Assembly: GCA_025463785.1 (NCBI GenBank)
Contig: JAODBD010000003.1
Location: 525,287 to 589,286, forward strand
From: Glaciihabitans sp.
Lineage (GTDB): Bacteria > Actinomycetota > Actinomycetes > Actinomycetales > Microbacteriaceae
DNA length: 64,000 nt
Direction: 5' to 3'
The position numbers were made by a program, and so were the translations under genes. The notes under the pieces were generated by a model. That model searched no databases. It saw only the letters and a program-made list of their open reading frames with translations, and was not told the origin of the DNA. Positions 63,149-64,000 of this stretch are shown here, piece after piece (positions within the stretch are counted from its first letter, which is position 1; each line of letters opens with the position of its first letter).

Positions 63149-64000
63149 ATATCGGCATCCCGCGCTATCTGATCGTCGGCATGGCCGCCCTGTTCTCGGC
63201 CTACCACCTGGTGCTGGCCACCTATTCGCTGACCCAGCACATCCCGTTTCACGACGGGCCGATCTTTGTCGCGATGGGGTTATACGCGGTCGCGTCGATC
63301 GCGAGTCTCCTGCCATGGGGACCGTTTCGCATGCCGATCTGGTTGGCGGCATTCAATCTGGCCGTCGTTATCGCCCTCCCGCTCCTCGTAACGAACGAGC
63401 TGGATCACACCAAGTCGAACGGCTACGGCACCTGGTACGTCGCCGCGGTGGGAACTCTGATGACCATTACGTCGACGAGGCGCAGGCACGCCTTCGCCTG
63501 GATCGGTTCGGCCTTTCTGGTTGTGCAGACGGTGCTGTGGGCGGGGCCTGGAGCACTCGCGGGCATCGGAGTCATCGGCAGCGTCGTGTGGGTCGCCGTT
63601 GCTCACGTGCTCAGCACGGGCATGGCGAAGGCCAGCCGGGATGCGCAGCGTTTCGCCCTCGCGGAGCGCGAGGCGACCGACTGGCAGGCCGCGCAGGAGG
63701 CTCACGTGTTCGAGCGGCAGTTCCGGCTTGGGCAGACGAGCAGTATGGCGCTCGACATGCTTCGAACGGTTGAGGAGAGCAATGGGCGCCTCACCGAAGA
63801 TCAGCGCCAGGAGTGCCTGCACCTCGAGGGGGCGATCCGCGACGAGATCCGCGGTCGCAAGCTGCTCAACGACTCCGTGCGCGACCAGGTGATGTCGGCG
63901 AGGCGTCGCGGTGCCACGGTAACGCTCCTCGATGAGGGCGGCATTGATGACCTCTCAGACGATGACCTGGAGCGGGTGCTCAATCGACTCGCGGACGCCC
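63145..64000 (+). CDS. membrane protein of unknown function (third gene of the two-component operon); 3' end lies outside the window
   Basis: The ATG at 63145 overlaps the kinase stop (ATGA). The frame is open to the window end. My own translation is MNIGIPRYLIVGMAALFSAYHLVLATYSL..., with 4-5 TM helices followed by a charged soluble region. This ORF is not in the supplied track because no stop is reached. Confidence 0.6.
   Translation, partial: MNIGIPRYLIVGMAALFSAYHLVLATYSLTQHIPFHDGPIFVAMGLYAVASIASLLPWGPFRMPIWLAAFNLAVVIALPLLVTNELDHTKSNGYGTWYVAAVGTLMTITSTRRRHAFAWIGSAFLVVQTVLWAGPGALAGIGVIGSVVWVAVAHVLSTGMAKASRDAQRFALAEREATDWQAAQEAHVFERQFRLGQTSSMALDMLRTVEESNGRLTEDQRQECLHLEGAIRDEIRGRKLLNDSVRDQVMSARRRGATVTLLDEGGIDDLSDDDLERVLNRLADA

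Overview
High-GC (about 65-70%) actinobacterial chromosome segment that looks Microbacteriaceae-like. This is judged from gene content and codon style only, since no database search was possible. Most of the window is core metabolism with tight, often ATGA/GTGA-coupled operons. These are: an FMN-riboswitch-controlled ribD-ribE-ribBA-ribH operon; trpS; xthA; sdhCDAB; GT4/manC; a BMP-lipoprotein nucleoside ABC importer followed by cdd-deoA; an ahcY-like/iclR/add/PTS-IIA/IIB operon; phosphomutase-punA; an lpdA-like flavoprotein; acyl-CoA carboxylase alpha; maf; and a TrmA-like methyltransferase. Several accessory patches interrupt this backbone. (1) At 18.2-29.2 kb, a single-chain ECF sigma / ZAS anti-sigma / TM / Ig-like fusion protein sits between two giant paralogous secreted repeat proteins. 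A roughly 55 nt conserved block precedes both the sigma gene and the second giant gene. This is my top candidate for an uncharacterised system. (2) Two wHTH + DUF559 (PD-(D/E)xK-fold) genes are each bracketed by repeats and by C-rich (left) and G-rich (right) tracts. A third, apparently empty locus with the same furniture lies next to a decayed ALDH gene. (3) An 80-86 nt repeat family bounded by GCATAACTCATGC/GCATGAGTTATGC inverted termini occurs in four copies. (4) Short tandem arrays (9, 15 and 16 bp periods) sit exactly at stop/start codons, and one forms a 30-codon mini-ORF bridging two genes. (5) A DUF222-HNH gene carries an internal hexanucleotide microsatellite. No rRNA, tRNA, CRISPR array, transposase or integrase was found. 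All coordinates of non-ORF features were hand-counted and may be off by 1-2 nt. Functional calls rest on recognised motifs, not on searches.
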